DNA of 64,000 nucleotides from Burkholderiales bacterium (GTDB lineage Bacteria > Pseudomonadota > Gammaproteobacteria > Burkholderiales > SG8-39). The stretch lies in NCBI GenBank assembly GCA_035702665.1, contig DASSQD010000030.1:6036-70035 (forward strand). The letters are read 5' to 3'. This document shows, one piece after another, positions 32,234 through 42,740 of the stretch. Below the pieces are notes generated by a model that was given only the letters and a program-made list of their open reading frames with translations, ran no database searches and was not told where the DNA came from. The position numbers and the translations under genes were made by a program. Position 1 is the first letter of the stretch, and every line of letters starts with the position of its first letter.

Positions 32234-33870
32234 TCGGGCCGGAACTTCGTCTCGGGCTTCACGCCTTTCTTCTTCTGCTTCTCGCTGATCTCGCCGTTTT
32301 CGAGATAGCGCCCTTCGACCGCCCGCTGTGCGGCCTCGTCCCAGGCCGGCAGCCAGTCGCCCAGGGAATACCCGAACCAGGGCGACTGCGGCCGCAGCTT
32401 GGGCAGCCCCAGCTCCTCCCAGAGCTTCCTCGCGCGCTCCATGTACTCCTTCTTCGGCAGCGCGAGCGGCGGCATGTCGCCTTTCATGGTCGCGTCGATG
32501 AGCAGCGTCGAGTCTTCCTCGTTGCCGTGCTCGCGCTTGGGACCGTGTCCCTGGCCGCGGTGCGGCAGCGTCTGCACGTCCTCGACCGGGTTCATGCGGT
32601 AGGCCATGGACCACAGCAGCGCGTCGCCCGAATCGGGGTCGATGTCGTCGGAGACGGCGATGGTGATCTTGCCCATGTCGCCCTTGAAGAACGCGGCGCC
32701 GCGCAGCGCGCGCCACACCTCGGTGCGCGGCATGCCCTTCCCGCAGCACAGCACCGTGACGCGCAGCAGTCCCGTGAGCGGCTCGTGAAGCGACACTCTC
32801 TTTATGCCGCGGATGCCGAGCGCCTCGCGCAGGTGCGACAGGAACAGCGGCTCGTAGGCGACGCGCTTGATCACGCTCGACTCCGAGGGCGCGACTTGGC
32901 TGATGTACGAGGGGATGACGGGCTTCTTCCGGTGCGTGATCGCGGTGACGCGCATCGGCATGTTGTATTCCTCGAGCGCGACGTGGCCGTGCGATTCGCC
33001 GAACGGCGCCTCGGGCTCGCACCACTCGGTGTCGATCAGGCCCTCGATCACGATCTCGCTCTCGGCCGGAACGAGGAGGTCGACGGTCTTCGCACGTACG
33101 ACGTTGATGGGCGAGCCGGCGAGGCCCCCGGCGACGGTGAACTCGTCGACGCCGACCGGCAGCTTCTGCGGCCCCATGAAGGCGACGTAGGGCGGGCAGC
33201 CCAGCACGATGGCGCAGGGCATGGTCTTCTTCCCGAGCTTCTGGTACTTCACGTAGTGCAGGTAGCCGCCCGCGCCGCCGACGCGCGTCGCCATGCGCAC
33301 CACCAGCCGGTCGGGCGACTTGAGCGCCGCGCGGTACGTACCCATGTTCTGCACGCCGGTCTCGGGGTCGCGCGTGATGACGTTGGTCGCGGTGAGCGTG
33401 GGTGCCGAGTCGAACCCGGGCGTTGAGATCGGGATCGGCAGGCGGTCGAGCCCCTTGCCTTCGCCGAGCAGGTCCTTGCCTTGATGTACGACCTCGTGGC
33501 ACGCCGCGTCCCGCACCTCGCGCGGCGGGATCGGATGCGCGATGGCGCGGTCCCACTTGCCCTGGATCTCAGAGAGCGGCGCGCCCATGCCGACCGAGTA
33601 GATCGCGCGGTTCGCGGCGATCGCGCCGACCACCACCGGGATGTCGTACTTGCGCCCGCGGCCGTCGACGATGTTCGTGAAGAGGAAGGCCTTGCGCTCG
33701 GCCTCGTCCATGCCGCCGACGAACTGCCAGCGCACCAGCGGATGCAGCTCCGCGTCCTTGTCGACCGCGCGCGAGATCTCGAGGAGCAGCCCGCGCTTCC
33801 TCAGCTCCGCGAGGTGCTCGTGCAAGTCGGGGTAGCCGCGCGCCGCGACCGGCTTCTCCGGGGCGTTCAT
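32230..33870 (-). CDS. UbiD-family (prenyl-FMN-dependent) decarboxylase
   Basis: ORF 32230..34860 trimmed to ATG 33870 (ATGA overlap). 546 aa with typical UbiD sequence (VITRDPETGVQNMGTYR...APFGESHGH). Confidence 0.85.
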   Translation of the reverse strand: MNAPEKPVAARGYPDLHEHLAELRKRGLLLEISRAVDKDAELHPLVRWQFVGGMDEAERKAFLFTNIVDGRGRKYDIPVVVGAIAANRAIYSVGMGAPLSEIQGKWDRAIAHPIPPREVRDAACHEVVHQGKDLLGEGKGLDRLPIPISTPGFDSAPTLTATNVITRDPETGVQNMGTYRAALKSPDRLVVRMATRVGGAGGYLHYVKYQKLGKKTMPCAIVLGCPPYVAFMGPQKLPVGVDEFTVAGGLAGSPINVVRAKTVDLLVPAESEIVIEGLIDTEWCEPEAPFGESHGHVALEEYNMPMRVTAITHRKKPVIPSYISQVAPSESSVIKRVAYEPLFLSHLREALGIRGIKRVSLHEPLTGLLRVTVLCCGKGMPRTEVWRALRGAAFFKGDMGKITIAVSDDIDPDSGDALLWSMAYRMNPVEDVQTLPHRGQGHGPKREHGNEEDSTLLIDATMKGDMPPLALPKKEYMERARKLWEELGLPKLRPQSPWFGYSLGDWLPAWDEAAQRAVEGRYLENGEISEKQKKKGVKPETKFRPE

Positions 33871-34838
33871 TGCTTCGGGATCTTCGCGGCTTCGATCACT
33901 TTCTTCCACTTGGCGGTCTCGGACAAGAGCAGGGCGTGCAGCGCCTCGGGCGTGCTGCCCTTCGCGTCGACGCCGAGGTCCTGCAGCCGTTGCTTCACCT
34001 CGGGGGCCTCGACCGCGACGTTGATCTCGCGGTTCAGGCGATCGACGACGGGCTTCGGCGTCTTGAGCGGTGCGGCCACCCCATTCCAGGCGGATGCCTC
34101 GTAACCCGCCACCCCGGCCTCGGCGAGCGTGGGTATGTCCGGCAGGCCCGCGAAGCGGTGGTCGAAGGTCACGGCGAGCGCGCGCAGGTTGCCGCTCCTG
34201 ATGTGCGGAATCATGGGCGCGAGGATCTCGACCATCGCCTGCAGGTCGCCGCCCTTGAGCGAGGTGATGATGAGCGGGGTGGTCTTGAACGGTATCGTCT
34301 GGAAATCGATCCCGGCCATGGACTTGAAGAGCTCGGCCGCGATGTGTTGCGTGCCGCCAGGGCTGGTCGTGCCGACGTTGAGCTTGCCCGGGTTCGCCTT
34401 CGCCGCCGCGATGAGATCCTTCACGGAAGTGTAGGGAGACTTCGAGTCGACGAGCAGCGCCATGCCGAAGAAGCCCACCGTCGAGATCGGAAGGAAATCC
34501 TTCGCGGGATCGTAGGGCAGGGAGTTGAAGAGGGACGCGCTCACGGCGTGCCCCTGGTTGAACCAGAGCAGTGTGTAGCCGTCCGGCGCCGCGTTCTTCA
34601 CGGCCTCGGTCGCGACGATCTGGCCCGCGCTCGGCCGGTTCTCGATGAGCACCTGCTGCCCGAGCTGCTGCGACAGCTTCTGCGCGACCACGCGCGCGCT
34701 GATGTCGGCGACGCCGCCCGCGCCGTAGGGCAGCAGGATCTTGACCGGCTGGCTCGGCCAGCCCTGTGCGAAAGCGGCGCCGCAAACGAGCCCGAGCACC
34801 GTCCCCAGTATCCTGTGCATGCCATCCCTTCCCTTCAT
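33867..34838 (-). CDS. Bug/TctC-family tripartite tricarboxylate transporter substrate-binding protein
   Basis: ATG 34838 overlaps the upstream stop (ATGA); alternative ATG at 34820. Signal peptide followed by WPSQPVKILLPYGAGGVADISAR. Confidence 0.8.
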   Translation of the reverse strand: MKGRDGMHRILGTVLGLVCGAAFAQGWPSQPVKILLPYGAGGVADISARVVAQKLSQQLGQQVLIENRPSAGQIVATEAVKNAAPDGYTLLWFNQGHAVSASLFNSLPYDPAKDFLPISTVGFFGMALLVDSKSPYTSVKDLIAAAKANPGKLNVGTTSPGGTQHIAAELFKSMAGIDFQTIPFKTTPLIITSLKGGDLQAMVEILAPMIPHIRSGNLRALAVTFDHRFAGLPDIPTLAEAGVAGYEASAWNGVAAPLKTPKPVVDRLNREINVAVEAPEVKQRLQDLGVDAKGSTPEALHALLLSETAKWKKVIEAAKIPKQ

Positions 34839-35845
34839 CTCGGGCTCCAGCAGTCCGCACGGATGCGGAACACGCTCTGCGCCGTTTCGCCGAGTATGCC
34901 CTTTTTCAGCGCGTCGTTGAAATACGCGCCCTCGAGCGCCTTCGTGGGCTCCGGATCGCCGATCGGGAAGGGCTGGTCGGAGCCGAGCATGACGCGCCCG
35001 GGCCCGGCCTTCCTCGCGAGGTACTCGAGCGAGTCCGCGTCGAAGACGCAGGAGTCGAAGAACATCGCTTCGAAGCCCTTGCGCGGGTCGGCGTACTTGC
35101 CTCCGGAGATCTTGTGGTTGCGCGCGAGCCGCCCGAGCGCGTAAGGCAGGGCGCCGCCGCCGTGCGAGATCACGAGCTTCATGCCCGGGAATTTCAGCAG
35201 GTGCCCCGAGAAGAGCAGGCGCGACACCGCGATCGAGGTGTCGGCGAGGCGCCCGATGGCGTTCACCAGGTCGTAGTCCGCGACCCGCGGCTCGCCGCAC
35301 AGGAACATCGGGTGCAGGAACACAGCGGCCTCGAGATCGGACGCGGCCTGCCAGAACGGATCGAGCGAAGGGTCGTCCAGGTTGCCCGCGTTGCCCTTGG
35401 GCAGCGTTCCGATCATCGCGCCGCCGAAGCCGCGCTCGAGCACTTCGGCCAGCACCTCGGCGGCGAGCCCGCCGTGCTGCAGCGGCACGGTGGCGAGCGG
35501 CGTGAAGCGCGTCTCCCCGGCGAGCTCCTCCTCGAGGCAGTCGTTGTAGAAGCGGCTCCAGGCGAGCCCTTCCCCCGCCGGCAGCTCGTAGCCGAAGCTG
35601 TCGAGCCAGCCGCCGACGAGCTGGTGGTCGATGCCGTTCCTGTCCATCCACGCGCGGCGATCGGCGAGGTCGGAAAGCTTGGCAGCGATCGGCCGCGTCG
35701 GCTGGCCGCCCGGGAATTGCATGCGCACGCCTTTGTCGTCACGGAGCAGCTTCACGCCGGGAAACTTCGCCGAGCCGGCATCGAAGCCCTCGTAGAGCAG
35801 CTTCGGAATGAAATGGGCGTGGACGTCGATGACGAGGGTTTTCAT
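34835..35845 (-). CDS. Amidohydrolase_2 (ACMSD/LigW-type) metal-dependent decarboxylase/hydrolase
   Basis: 336 aa. VIDVHAHF N-terminus and the typical family layout. Confidence 0.8.
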   Translation of the reverse strand: MKTLVIDVHAHFIPKLLYEGFDAGSAKFPGVKLLRDDKGVRMQFPGGQPTRPIAAKLSDLADRRAWMDRNGIDHQLVGGWLDSFGYELPAGEGLAWSRFYNDCLEEELAGETRFTPLATVPLQHGGLAAEVLAEVLERGFGGAMIGTLPKGNAGNLDDPSLDPFWQAASDLEAAVFLHPMFLCGEPRVADYDLVNAIGRLADTSIAVSRLLFSGHLLKFPGMKLVISHGGGALPYALGRLARNHKISGGKYADPRKGFEAMFFDSCVFDADSLEYLARKAGPGRVMLGSDQPFPIGDPEPTKALEGAYFNDALKKGILGETAQSVFRIRADCWSPR

Positions 35846-35866
35846 TTTGGCGATCTCGCGGAAGTT

Positions 35867-35943
35867 GTCATCCTGAGCGAAGCGAAGGATCTCACGGCAT
35901 CAGGACCCCGCCGAAGGAGATCCCTCGCTGCGCTCGGGATGAC
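35867..35943. repeat. 77-nt palindromic (REP/MITE-like) element, copy 1
   Basis: Arms are GTCATCCTGAGCGAAGCGAAGGATCTC (35867-35893) and GAGATCCCTCGCTGCGCTCGGGATGAC (35917-35943), complementary at 24/27 positions. A second copy is at 38335-38409. Confidence 0.85.
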
Positions 35944-38320
35944 GGGACAAGTGGATGGCCTTCCAAATGGCGAGGTGCGACATCGGCAGCGTGTCGACCG
36001 CGGAGCCGAGCGGAGCGAGCGCGTCGTTGACCGCGCTCGCGATCGCCGCCGGCGCGCCCAGGTAGCCGGCCTCGCCCGATCCCTTCTGCCCGAACGTGGT
36101 GAGGGGCGAGGGCGTGCAGTGGTCGACGATCGCGAGCGCCGGGACTTCCATCGATGACGGAAGCAGATAGTCCATGAAGGTGCCGCTCGCGAGCTGTCCG
36201 TCTTCCGTATACGAGAACTTCTCGTACAGGGCGGCTCCGATGCCGTGCGCGATGCCCCCGTAGGTCATGCCGTGGACGATGTCGGGGTTGATCATCACGC
36301 CGCAATCGTGACCGCAGACGTAGCGCCCGAGCGACGGCTTGCCCGTGTCCGGGTCGATCTCGACGTAGACGAGGTGCGTCTCGAAGGAATAGCAGGGGTA
36401 GATCTGCACGCGCCCCTCGGCGTCGGGCAGGCCGCCGCCGGTGGGAACCTCCCAGACGAACTTGGCCTGAAGCCCCGGCTCGACGCCCGGCGGCATCCGG
36501 TGGAATTTCCGGTGCGCGATCTCGACCAGCTGGTCCCAGCCGAGCTTCTTTTCGGGCGCGCCCTTCAGGCTCACGTCGCCGCCCCGGTATTCGAGGTCCT
36601 CGGGCGAGCATTCGAAGTTGTGCGCCGCGATGGCGACCAGCGTCTCGCGGATATGCTTCGCCGCGCCCGCCGCCGCACCGCCGAGCATGATCGCCATGCG
36701 GCTGCCGACCGGGCTGTTCGAGGGCAGGGCGCTGAGGGAATCGGCGCGCACCACGCGCACCGTCCCCGGGTCGCGCTCGAGCACCTCGCCGATGACGGTC
36801 GACACGAGCGACTCGTGGCCCTGGCCCGAGCTCGAGGTGTTCATCACGCCGGTGATGCTGCCGGCGAGATCAACGCGCACCAGGCACGAGTCCATCCAGG
36901 TGGTCGTCTCGTTCTTGGGGTTGAGCAGGACCTCGAACGCCGAGTTGCCGCCCGAGGGCTCGAGGCAGGTGGAGATGCCGATGCCGGCGAGCTTGCCGCT
37001 CTTGCGCGCGGCCTCTCGCCTGGCAACGAGCGCGGGATAGTCGATCGCGGCGAGCGCCTTGTCGAGCACGGCGTGGTAGTCGCCCGAGTCGTAGGTCGAG
37101 CCGCTCGGGATGGTGTAGGGGAACTGGTCGCTGCGGATGAGGTTCTTTCTTCGGAGCTCGATCCTGTCCATCTTCAGGAAGGCCGCGACGCGGTCGATCG
37201 TACGCTCCATTGCGAAGTTCGTCGGCGACTGGCCGAAGCCGCGCACCGCTTCCTGCGGCGTCTTGTGGGTCAGCACCGAGGTCGCGTCGTACTCGACCGC
37301 CGGGATCCGGTACGGGCCGCAGATCGCCGTGATCGGCTTGCCGAGCTGGAAGGGCGCGCGGCCGGCGTAGGCGCCGACGTCGTCCACCGCGCGGATCTTC
37401 CACGCGCGGATCGTGCCGTCGGAGTCGAACGCGACCTGCATGTCGAAGAAACGGTCCGGACCCTGCATGTCGCCGCCGCGCAGGTTCTCCAGGCGGTCCT
37501 CGATGAAGCGCACCGGTACCTTGAGCTTCTTCGCGAGATAGCCGGCGAGGACCGTGTGCTTGAGGCCGCGCTTCACCCCGTAGCTCCCGCCGACGTCGAC
37601 GTCGTAGTGCACGCGTACGCCGTTGCCGGGAAGGCGCAGAGCGCGGGCGACCTGGTCGGGGTACTTGGGCATCTGGATCGAGGCCCAGACGTCGAGGATC
37701 TCGGTGCCGGGGTCCCATTGCGCAGCGACGCCGAAGGTCTCGATCGGCACGGTGCTCGAGCGCCCCCAGGTTGCGCGGAAGGCGAGCGTGTGCTTTGCCT
37801 TGGCGAAAGCTTCGTCGACCGACCCCCACACGAACTTCTTGTGCAGGATCACGTTGGAGCCGTGCGCGGGATGCACGAGCGGCGCCCCGGGCCGCATCGC
37901 GCGCTCGGCGTCGATGACGTGCGGCAGCGGCTCGTATTCGACTTCGACGACCTCCGCGGCGTCTTCGGCGAGCGCCCGCGTGTCGGCGACGACTGCAGCG
38001 ACCCATTCGCCCGCGTAGCGCACCACGCCGTTCGCGAGCGCGAAGCGCGTCAGCTTTGGCGCGTCGACGCCGGTCGCGAGCGAATCGGTGGCGGCGCAGA
38101 ACTCTTCGCCGGTGAGGACGTAGAGCACGCCCGGCAGCGCGAGCGCCGGCTTCGCATCGATGGAGACGATGCGCGCCGACGCATGCGGCGAGGCGACGAG
38201 CGCCACGTGCTTCATGCCGGGCAGCGCGATGTCGGCAACGTAGCGGCCGCGGCCGGAGACGAAGCGCGGGTCTTCCTTGGTGCGGCGCTTCTTGCCGATG
38301 TATTTGAAAGGCTCGGTCAT
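35900..38320 (-). CDS. Xanthine dehydrogenase/CoxL-family molybdopterin-binding large subunit
   Basis: 806 aa with the typical N-terminus IGKKRRTKEDPRFVSGRGRYVADI. The last ~16 aa (SRHPERSEGSPSAGS) are encoded by repeat copy 1. Confidence 0.85.
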   Translation of the reverse strand: MTEPFKYIGKKRRTKEDPRFVSGRGRYVADIALPGMKHVALVASPHASARIVSIDAKPALALPGVLYVLTGEEFCAATDSLATGVDAPKLTRFALANGVVRYAGEWVAAVVADTRALAEDAAEVVEVEYEPLPHVIDAERAMRPGAPLVHPAHGSNVILHKKFVWGSVDEAFAKAKHTLAFRATWGRSSTVPIETFGVAAQWDPGTEILDVWASIQMPKYPDQVARALRLPGNGVRVHYDVDVGGSYGVKRGLKHTVLAGYLAKKLKVPVRFIEDRLENLRGGDMQGPDRFFDMQVAFDSDGTIRAWKIRAVDDVGAYAGRAPFQLGKPITAICGPYRIPAVEYDATSVLTHKTPQEAVRGFGQSPTNFAMERTIDRVAAFLKMDRIELRRKNLIRSDQFPYTIPSGSTYDSGDYHAVLDKALAAIDYPALVARREAARKSGKLAGIGISTCLEPSGGNSAFEVLLNPKNETTTWMDSCLVRVDLAGSITGVMNTSSSGQGHESLVSTVIGEVLERDPGTVRVVRADSLSALPSNSPVGSRMAIMLGGAAAGAAKHIRETLVAIAAHNFECSPEDLEYRGGDVSLKGAPEKKLGWDQLVEIAHRKFHRMPPGVEPGLQAKFVWEVPTGGGLPDAEGRVQIYPCYSFETHLVYVEIDPDTGKPSLGRYVCGHDCGVMINPDIVHGMTYGGIAHGIGAALYEKFSYTEDGQLASGTFMDYLLPSSMEVPALAIVDHCTPSPLTTFGQKGSGEAGYLGAPAAIASAVNDALAPLGSAVDTLPMSHLAIWKAIHLSRHPERSEGSPSAGS

Positions 38321-38334
38321 CTTGGGCTGTGCCT

Positions 38335-38409
38335 GTCATCCCGAGCGCAGCGAGGGATCTCCGCCGGTGCGTTGTGCCGACTGAGATCCTTCGCTTCGCT
38401 CAGGATGAC
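38335..38409. repeat. 75-nt palindromic (REP/MITE-like) element, copy 2 (arms swapped relative to copy 1)
   Basis: Arms are GTCATCCCGAGCGCAGCGAGGGATCTC (38335-38361) and GAGATCCTTCGCTTCGCTCAGGATGAC (38383-38409). It fills most of the 97-nt spacer between the small and large subunit genes. Confidence 0.85.
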
Positions 38410-38417
38410 GATCATCG

Positions 38418-38900
38418 TCATTCCTTCATCCGCTCCGCCGCGAGGCGCACGGCCTCGACGATCTGCTGATAGCCGGTGCAGCGGCAGAGATTCCCTCCGA
38501 TGGCGTCGCGGATCTGCTCCTCCGTCGGATCCGGAATGCGGTTCAGCAGGTCCTGCGCGGCGATCAGCATGCCGCTCGTGCAGTAGCCGCACTGCAGGCC
38601 GTGGGTCTCGCAAAAGGCGTCCTGCAGCGCGCTCAACGAGCCGTCCGGCTTTGCGAGGCCCTCGACGGTGGTGATCCTGTGGCCGTTCGCCTGGACGGCG
38701 TACATCAGGCAGGATCGCACCGGCTCGCCGTCCAGCATCACCGAGCAGGCGCCGCAGATGCCGTGCTCGCAGCCGACGTGCGTCCCCGTGAGCCGCAGCT
38801 CGTCGCGCAGCCAGTCGACGAGCGACAGCCGCGCGGGCACGTGGGCCTCGCGGCGCCGGCCGTTCACCTCGACCACGACGGGGTGCAGCGCTTCGCTCAT
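38418..38900 (-). CDS. [2Fe-2S]-binding small subunit of molybdenum hydroxylase (CoxS-like)
   Basis: ATG 38900 overlaps the upstream stop (ATGA). CEHGICGACSV and CGYCTSG...CRCTGY motifs. Confidence 0.85.
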   Translation of the reverse strand: MSEALHPVVVEVNGRRREAHVPARLSLVDWLRDELRLTGTHVGCEHGICGACSVMLDGEPVRSCLMYAVQANGHRITTVEGLAKPDGSLSALQDAFCETHGLQCGYCTSGMLIAAQDLLNRIPDPTEEQIRDAIGGNLCRCTGYQQIVEAVRLAAERMKE

Positions 38901-39772
38901 TGTCTTACCGCGCGATCGCGCGCCTCGCGCAGCGCCCGCGCTGCAAGCACGCGCGCGAGATGCCTGCGGTATTCCTTCGTCGCGTGCAGGTCGCTGCCCG
39001 GATCGGTTTCGGCCGCGGCGTCGTCGGCGGCGGCGTCGATCGCCTTGTCCTCGAGCTTCGTTCCGACGAGGCGCACCGCGATCTCTGGAAAGGCGAGGGG
39101 CGTTCCACTTGCGCCGCCGAGACCGAAAGCGGCGCGCGTGCAGCGGTCGCTCGAGTCGAGCGCGACCTGCGCGGCGGCGGCAACCATCGCAAAGTCGCCG
39201 TGGCGGATGGCGATCTCGGTGAAAGCCGAGCCGGTGCGGTTCCCGTTCCAGACGGGCCAGTGGATTTCCTCGAGACACTCGTCCGGTCGCACCAAAGTGG
39301 ACATGGGGCCCGTGAAGAATTGCTCGGCGTCCAGCGTTCGCGCGCCTTTCGACGAGCGCAGCGTCATCTTTGCTCCGAGCACCCGCGCCGCGAGCGGCAG
39401 CTCGGCCGAAGGGTCGGCGTGCGCGAGACTGCCGCCGACCGTGCCGCGGTTGCGCGTCTGCGCGTGCCCCACCCAGGCGAGCGCCTGGCGCAGCAGCGGC
39501 ACGCGTGCGCCGAGCCAGTCGTTGCGCTCGATCGTCATCTGACGCGTGCATGCGCCGATACGGCAGAAGTCCGTCTCGATGACGACGAATTTCAGCTCAT
39601 CGATCTCGTTGATGTCGACGAGGAACGCGGGTCGCACCAGCCGCATCGCCATCATCGGCACCAGGCTCTGTCCGCCCGCGAGAACCTTCGAATCGCCGCC
39701 GTAGCGCGCGAGCAGGTCGCACGCCTCGGCAAGCGATGCGGCGCGGGCGTATTCGAAAGGAGCGGACTTCAA
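38897..39772 (-). CDS. FAD-binding medium subunit of molybdenum hydroxylase (CoxM-like)
   Basis: ORF 38897..39862 trimmed to TTG 39772 (LKSAPFEYARAAS, a typical CoxM N-terminus). AGGQSLVPMM motif. Start uncertain. Confidence 0.75.
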   Translation of the reverse strand: MKSAPFEYARAASLAEACDLLARYGGDSKVLAGGQSLVPMMAMRLVRPAFLVDINEIDELKFVVIETDFCRIGACTRQMTIERNDWLGARVPLLRQALAWVGHAQTRNRGTVGGSLAHADPSAELPLAARVLGAKMTLRSSKGARTLDAEQFFTGPMSTLVRPDECLEEIHWPVWNGNRTGSAFTEIAIRHGDFAMVAAAAQVALDSSDRCTRAAFGLGGASGTPLAFPEIAVRLVGTKLEDKAIDAAADDAAAETDPGSDLHATKEYRRHLARVLAARALREARDRAVRQ

Positions 39773-39880
39773 GGGCGGTCCCGGAGTGAGGCCGTATGAT
39801 AAGGCAAGAAACCCCCGGGTCCGGCAAAGAGGTAGAGTGTCGGGACGCTCCAACTGAAGCATTCACGTAGGGAGGCAGGA

Positions 39881-40849
39881 ATGTCGTCGAAGCTCGTCAA
39901 AACGATCGCCGCGCTCGCCTTGTGCGCGGTCCACGCTGCCGCGCACGCGCAGGCCTGGCCCACGAAGCCGATCCGCATCATCGTCCCCTTCACCCCGGGG
40001 AGCGGCACCGACATCATCGCGCGCACGGTGAGCGAGAGGCTCTCGCCCCAGCTCGGCCAGCCGATCGTCATCGAGAACCGCCCCGGCGCGGGCGGCACGA
40101 TCGGCGGGGCGATCGTCGCGAAGTCCGACCCCGACGGCTACACGCTGTTCGTGCATTCGTCGTCGTATACGGTGACGCCGTCGACCTACAAGGACCTGCC
40201 GTACGACACGCTGCGCGACCTCACCGGCGTCGTTCCGCTCGGGCTGCTGCCGAACGTGCTGGTGATGGCGCCCTCGAAGGGCATCCATTCGGTGAAGGAG
40301 CTGGTCGCCGCGGCGAAGGCGAGGCCGGGAGCGATGAACTCCGCCTCGGTCGGCGTCGGCAGCGCGACGCACCTCAACGCCGAGCGCTTCCGCCTCGGCG
40401 CGGGCATCGACACGGTGAACGTCCCGTTCAAGGGCTCGCCGGAGGCGCTCACCGAGATCGTCACCGGGCGCGTCGACTTCTATTTCTGCCCGGTCAACGC
40501 GGTGCTGCCGCTGCTGAAGGACGGCAAGCTCGTCGCGCTCGCCGTCGGCAGCACCAAGCGTTCGCTTGCGCTCCCGGACCTGCCGACGACCCTCGAGGCC
40601 GGGGTGCCGAACTCCGATTACAACTTCTGGGTCGGGATGTTCGCGCCCTCGAAGACGCCGCACCAGACGATCGACCGCCTGTACCAGGAAACCGCGAAGG
40701 CGCTGCACTCGGCGGAAGTGCGCGATAAGCTCGCGCGCCTGGGCGCCGAGCCCATGGAGTACTCGCCGGAAGCTTTCAACGCCTACATCCGCCGGGAGAT
40801 CGCCGCCAACGCGGCGCTGGTCAAGGCCGCGGGCATCAAGCTCGAGTAG
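39881..40849 (+). CDS. Bug/TctC-family substrate-binding protein
   Basis: 322 aa. Signal peptide followed by WPTKPIRIIVPFTPGSGTDIIAR. Confidence 0.85.
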   Translation: MSSKLVKTIAALALCAVHAAAHAQAWPTKPIRIIVPFTPGSGTDIIARTVSERLSPQLGQPIVIENRPGAGGTIGGAIVAKSDPDGYTLFVHSSSYTVTPSTYKDLPYDTLRDLTGVVPLGLLPNVLVMAPSKGIHSVKELVAAAKARPGAMNSASVGVGSATHLNAERFRLGAGIDTVNVPFKGSPEALTEIVTGRVDFYFCPVNAVLPLLKDGKLVALAVGSTKRSLALPDLPTTLEAGVPNSDYNFWVGMFAPSKTPHQTIDRLYQETAKALHSAEVRDKLARLGAEPMEYSPEAFNAYIRREIAANAALVKAAGIKLE

Positions 40850-40851
40850 CC

Positions 40852-42021
<1,170 letters not shown>

Positions 42022-42023
42022 GG

Positions 42024-42740
42024 CTAGAACCCGATCTTCTCGCGCAGCCCGCGCAGCCAGGTCTCGCGCTGCTTGGCCGACATGCCGACCTTGCCCATCG
42101 TGGCGTCGAGCACCTTCTGGTGGCCGCCGGTGGCCGCGCGCGCCCCGATCCCGGCCCCGACGAGCACGGCGGTGGCCGCGATCCCGGCCGCGATCAGCCG
42201 CCTCTGCCTGCGCCCCGCGGCGCCCTTGTCGGGGTAGAAAAGCTCGTGCGTGCGCAGCCCCGCGTCGGTGAACACCCCTGCGGGCGACAGGCCGGCGTCG
42301 AGGGCCGGCGCCGCCTCCGCGAGCGCGTCGCGGAAAGAGCGCGACAGCAGCACGCGGATCGATGCGGCGAATTCGGCGACGCTCGCCGCGACCGAGATCC
42401 CGTCGCCGGTCATTCCGTCGGGGCCGCGGCTGCCCGAGGTCACCTGCACCGCGCCGTGATTGACGCCGATGCACAGCGGCAGCCCGGCCGAGACCGCGGT
42501 GAGCGAGCGCTGGGCCAGGCGCAGCGCTCCCACGGGGTCGGCGAGCACGGCGATCGCGACGCCGTCGGCCGCGTCCAGGGCGATCCAGCCGGCGTGGGCG
42601 AGGTCCACGGTGGTGACGGCGACGACGGCCTCGAGCTGCGCGCGCAGCCGCGCCTGCTCCTGCGCCGGTCTGCGCGCGAACTCCTGGATCTTGAGAAAGA
42701 CGACGCTGGCGAGAGTCGCAGCGGCGTTCGGGGAGCTCAT
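42024..42740 (-). CDS. Hypothetical protein, possibly a degenerate class III cyclase-homology fold plus C-terminal TM helix
   Basis: 238 aa. ASVVFLKIQEFA / LCIGVNHGAV resemble the cyclase fold, but a Lys sits where the metal-binding Asp is expected. Functional call is weak. Confidence 0.4.
   Translation of the reverse strand: MSSPNAAATLASVVFLKIQEFARRPAQEQARLRAQLEAVVAVTTVDLAHAGWIALDAADGVAIAVLADPVGALRLAQRSLTAVSAGLPLCIGVNHGAVQVTSGSRGPDGMTGDGISVAASVAEFAASIRVLLSRSFRDALAEAAPALDAGLSPAGVFTDAGLRTHELFYPDKGAAGRRQRRLIAAGIAATAVLVGAGIGARAATGGHQKVLDATMGKVGMSAKQRETWLRGLREKIGF

Noticed and set aside
35900-39772. Calling the three-subunit molybdoenzyme a carbon monoxide dehydrogenase (coxMSL).
   Set aside because: The large subunit shows no CODH active-site loop (AYxCSFR type). 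No coxDEF-type accessory genes are present, and the neighbours are aromatic-acid catabolic genes. I kept the generic xanthine-dehydrogenase-family call.
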